DNA of 64,000 bases, taken from positions 9,858,001 through 9,922,000 of the forward strand of contig CM075989.1 in assembly GCA_038087875.1 (NCBI GenBank), given 5' to 3'. Position 1 is the stretch's first letter. Every line of letters begins with the position of its first letter. The notes beneath the pieces were generated by a model that worked only from the letters and a program-made list of their open reading frames with translations, was not told where the DNA came from and made no database searches. Position numbers and translations under genes: made by a program. This document shows, in pieces, positions 62,089 to 64,000 of this stretch. This stretch comes from Malacoraja senta (Eukaryota).

Positions 62089-62669
62089 GGTCTATGGTAT
62101 ATAAACACACTGAACTTTTATCTCCTGTTCTGGAGTTTACATATTCTGTTGTGCTGCAGCAAGCAAGAATTTCATTGTCCTATCTGGGACACATGACAAT
62201 AAAACTCTCTTGACTCTTGTCTTGGACTTAAGCAAAAAATGGTTCTTGGGGGAAAAGGAGCTACCTTAAATTTAGTTGCGTCTGGTTGGGTAACTATGGT
62301 AGGGTGAAGACTATTCCATGCTTTAATTATGCGGGGGAACTGCATGGAGCAGCCAGCAACTCTGGATAGAAGAAATTGGGTGTCGTTTCGGGTAGAGACC
62401 CTTCTTTAGACTCCCTCTGGTTTTAGTGTTTTTAGTGTAATTTAAAGATACAGCGTGGAAACAGGCCCTTCGGCCCACCGAGTCCACGCCGACCACCGAT
62501 CACCCATAGACTAGTTCTATCCCATACATTAGCGGAGTAAGTCAAGAGTGTTTTATTCTCTCACGTCCCAGTTAGAACAATAAAATCCTTACTTGCAGCA
62601 GCACAACAGAATATGTAAACATAGTACTCTGTAAACAATGTTATAAACGAGAAAACAAAACGGTGTATA

Positions 62670-62671
<2 letters not shown>

Positions 62672-62758
<87 letters not shown>

Positions 62759-62765
62759 GCGCGCG
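62672..62765. repeat. Compound (TG)n(CGTG)n(CG)n microsatellite
   Basis: About 90 bp of uninterrupted purine-pyrimidine alternation. Confidence 0.95.
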
Positions 62766-62811
62766 AGATATACCCACACACAATTTCCCTCCTGGGATTA
62801 ATAAAGTTCTA

Positions 62812-63522
62812 TCATAGAAACATAGAAAATAGGTACAGGAGTAGGACATTCGGCCCTTCGAGCCATTCAATATGATAATAATAATAATAATAATAATAAT
62901 AATGGATGGGATTTATATAGCGCCTTTCTAATACTCAAGGCACTTTACATCGCATTATTCATTCACTCCTCAGTCACACTCGGTGGTGGTGAGCTACTTC
63001 TGTAGCCACAGCTGCCCTGGGGCAGACTGACGGAAGCGTGGCTGCTAATCTGCGCCTACGGCCCCTCCGACCATCACCAATCACTCACACACATTCACAC
63101 GCAGGCAAAGGTGGGTGAAGTGTCTTGCCCAAGGACACAACGACAGTATGCACTCCAAGCGGGATTCGAACCGGCTACCTTCCGGTTGCCAGCTGAACAC
63201 TTAGCCCATTGCGCCATCTGTCGTCCTTGGCTGATCATCCAACTCAGTATCCTGTACCTGCCTTCTCTCCATACCCCCTTATCCCTTTAGCCACAACGGC
63301 CACATCTAACTCCCTCTTAAATATAGCCAATGAACTGGCCTCAACTACCTTCTGTGGCAGAGAATTCCACAGATTCACCACTCTCTGTGTAAAACTGATT
63401 TTCTTATCTCGGTCCTAAAAGACTTCCCCCTTATCCTTAAACTGTGACCCCTTGTCCTGGACTTCCCCAACATCGGGAATAATCTTCCTGCATCTAGCCT
63501 GTCCAATCCCTTAAGAATTTTG
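62812..63522 (-). mobile_element. CR1/HER1-like LINE 3' end interrupted by a CORE-SINE
   Basis: CATAGAAA tail. CCATTCAATATGAT|CTTGGCTGATCATCC is split by the insert; homologous to 59527-60076. Confidence 0.85.
62877..63225 (-). mobile_element. Full-length tRNA-derived CORE-SINE with L2-type tail and (ATT)n end
   Basis: A box TGGCGCAATGG (63216-63206), B box GGTTCGAATCCC (63172-63161), CORE GTGTCCTTGGGCAAGACACTTCACCC, tail AGGCGCTATATAAAT..(ATT)n. Confidence 0.88.
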
Positions 63523-63533
63523 TTAAAGAAGGA

Positions 63534-64000
63534 ACCGGGAGTTCAGGTTGGTTATTGCGGACCGACCGGAGGTGTTCGGCGAAACGATCGCCAAGCCTCC
63601 GCTTGGTCTCACCGATGTAGATCAGCTGGCATCTAGAGCAGCGAATGCAATAGATGAGGTTGGAGGAGAACACCTCCGGTCGGTCCGCAATAACCAACCT
63701 GAACTCCCGGTGGCTCAGCACTTCAACTCCCCCTCCCATTCCGTATCTGACCTCTCTGTCCTGGGTCTCCTCCATGGCCACAGCGAGCAACACCGTAAAT
63801 TGGAGGAAATGCACCTCATATTCCGCTTGGGCAGTCTACATCCTGGGGGCTTGAACATTGAATTCTCCCAATTCTGCTAGCCCTTGCTGTCCCCTCCCCT
63901 TCATCAGCCATCTGGTTGTCCCCTCCCCTCCCCCAGCCCTCGGGCTCCTCCTCCGCATTTTTCCTTTTTTCCTTTCTTCTCCCCACCCCCTATCAGTCTG
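63534..64000 (+). mobile_element. Penelope-like 3' fragment with inverted 5' segment (63534-63667), runs off the window
   Basis: GIY-YIG SNLIYCIRCSRCQLIYIGETKRRLGDRFAEH on the minus strand, continuing EHLRSV...HLIFRLGSLHPGGLNIEFSQF* on the plus strand. Confidence 0.9.

Noticed and set aside
63150-63225. Possible tRNA gene (A and B boxes); likewise at 2205-2280 and 25430-25499
   Set aside because: These are SINE heads continuing into CORE or V domains and LINE-derived tails; no full cloverleaf seen.

Overview
Eukaryotic vertebrate genomic DNA, very probably from a cartilaginous fish (skate or ray). This is inferred from HE1/V-type tRNA SINEs, HER1/CR1 LINEs and Deu-domain SINEs. The only host gene I can support is IQCH on the minus strand. 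Its last seven coding exons (40806-40926, 34883-35169, 15047-15229, 11819-11944, 6992-7053, 6453-6561, 1939-2034) splice with GT-AG junctions and consistent phases into 327 aa plus stop. I found no upstream exon, so it probably lies beyond base 64000. The introns are packed with transposable elements: a near-complete Passport-like Tc1 (DD34E) element, many Penelope-like (GIY-YIG) fragments, CR1, Rex1/Babar, L1/Tx1, RTE and Vingi-type fragments, several SINE families and a Harbinger MITE. The most striking signals are RNA catalysts inside retroposons. (1) A 141-bp element flanked by a target-site duplication (46793-46933) begins, from its first nucleotide, with a 54-nt minimal HDV-like ribozyme fold. 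Its deviations from the ideal fold, including catalytic C->U, are all CpG-type transitions. A candidate autonomous Vingi-like partner end lies at 57180-57249. (2) About 14 Penelope-associated minimal hammerhead motifs are present, some intact and some arranged head-to-head as fold-back palindromes. Repeat boundaries are approximate unless a TSD or TIR is quoted. Family names come from recalled motifs, not database searches.
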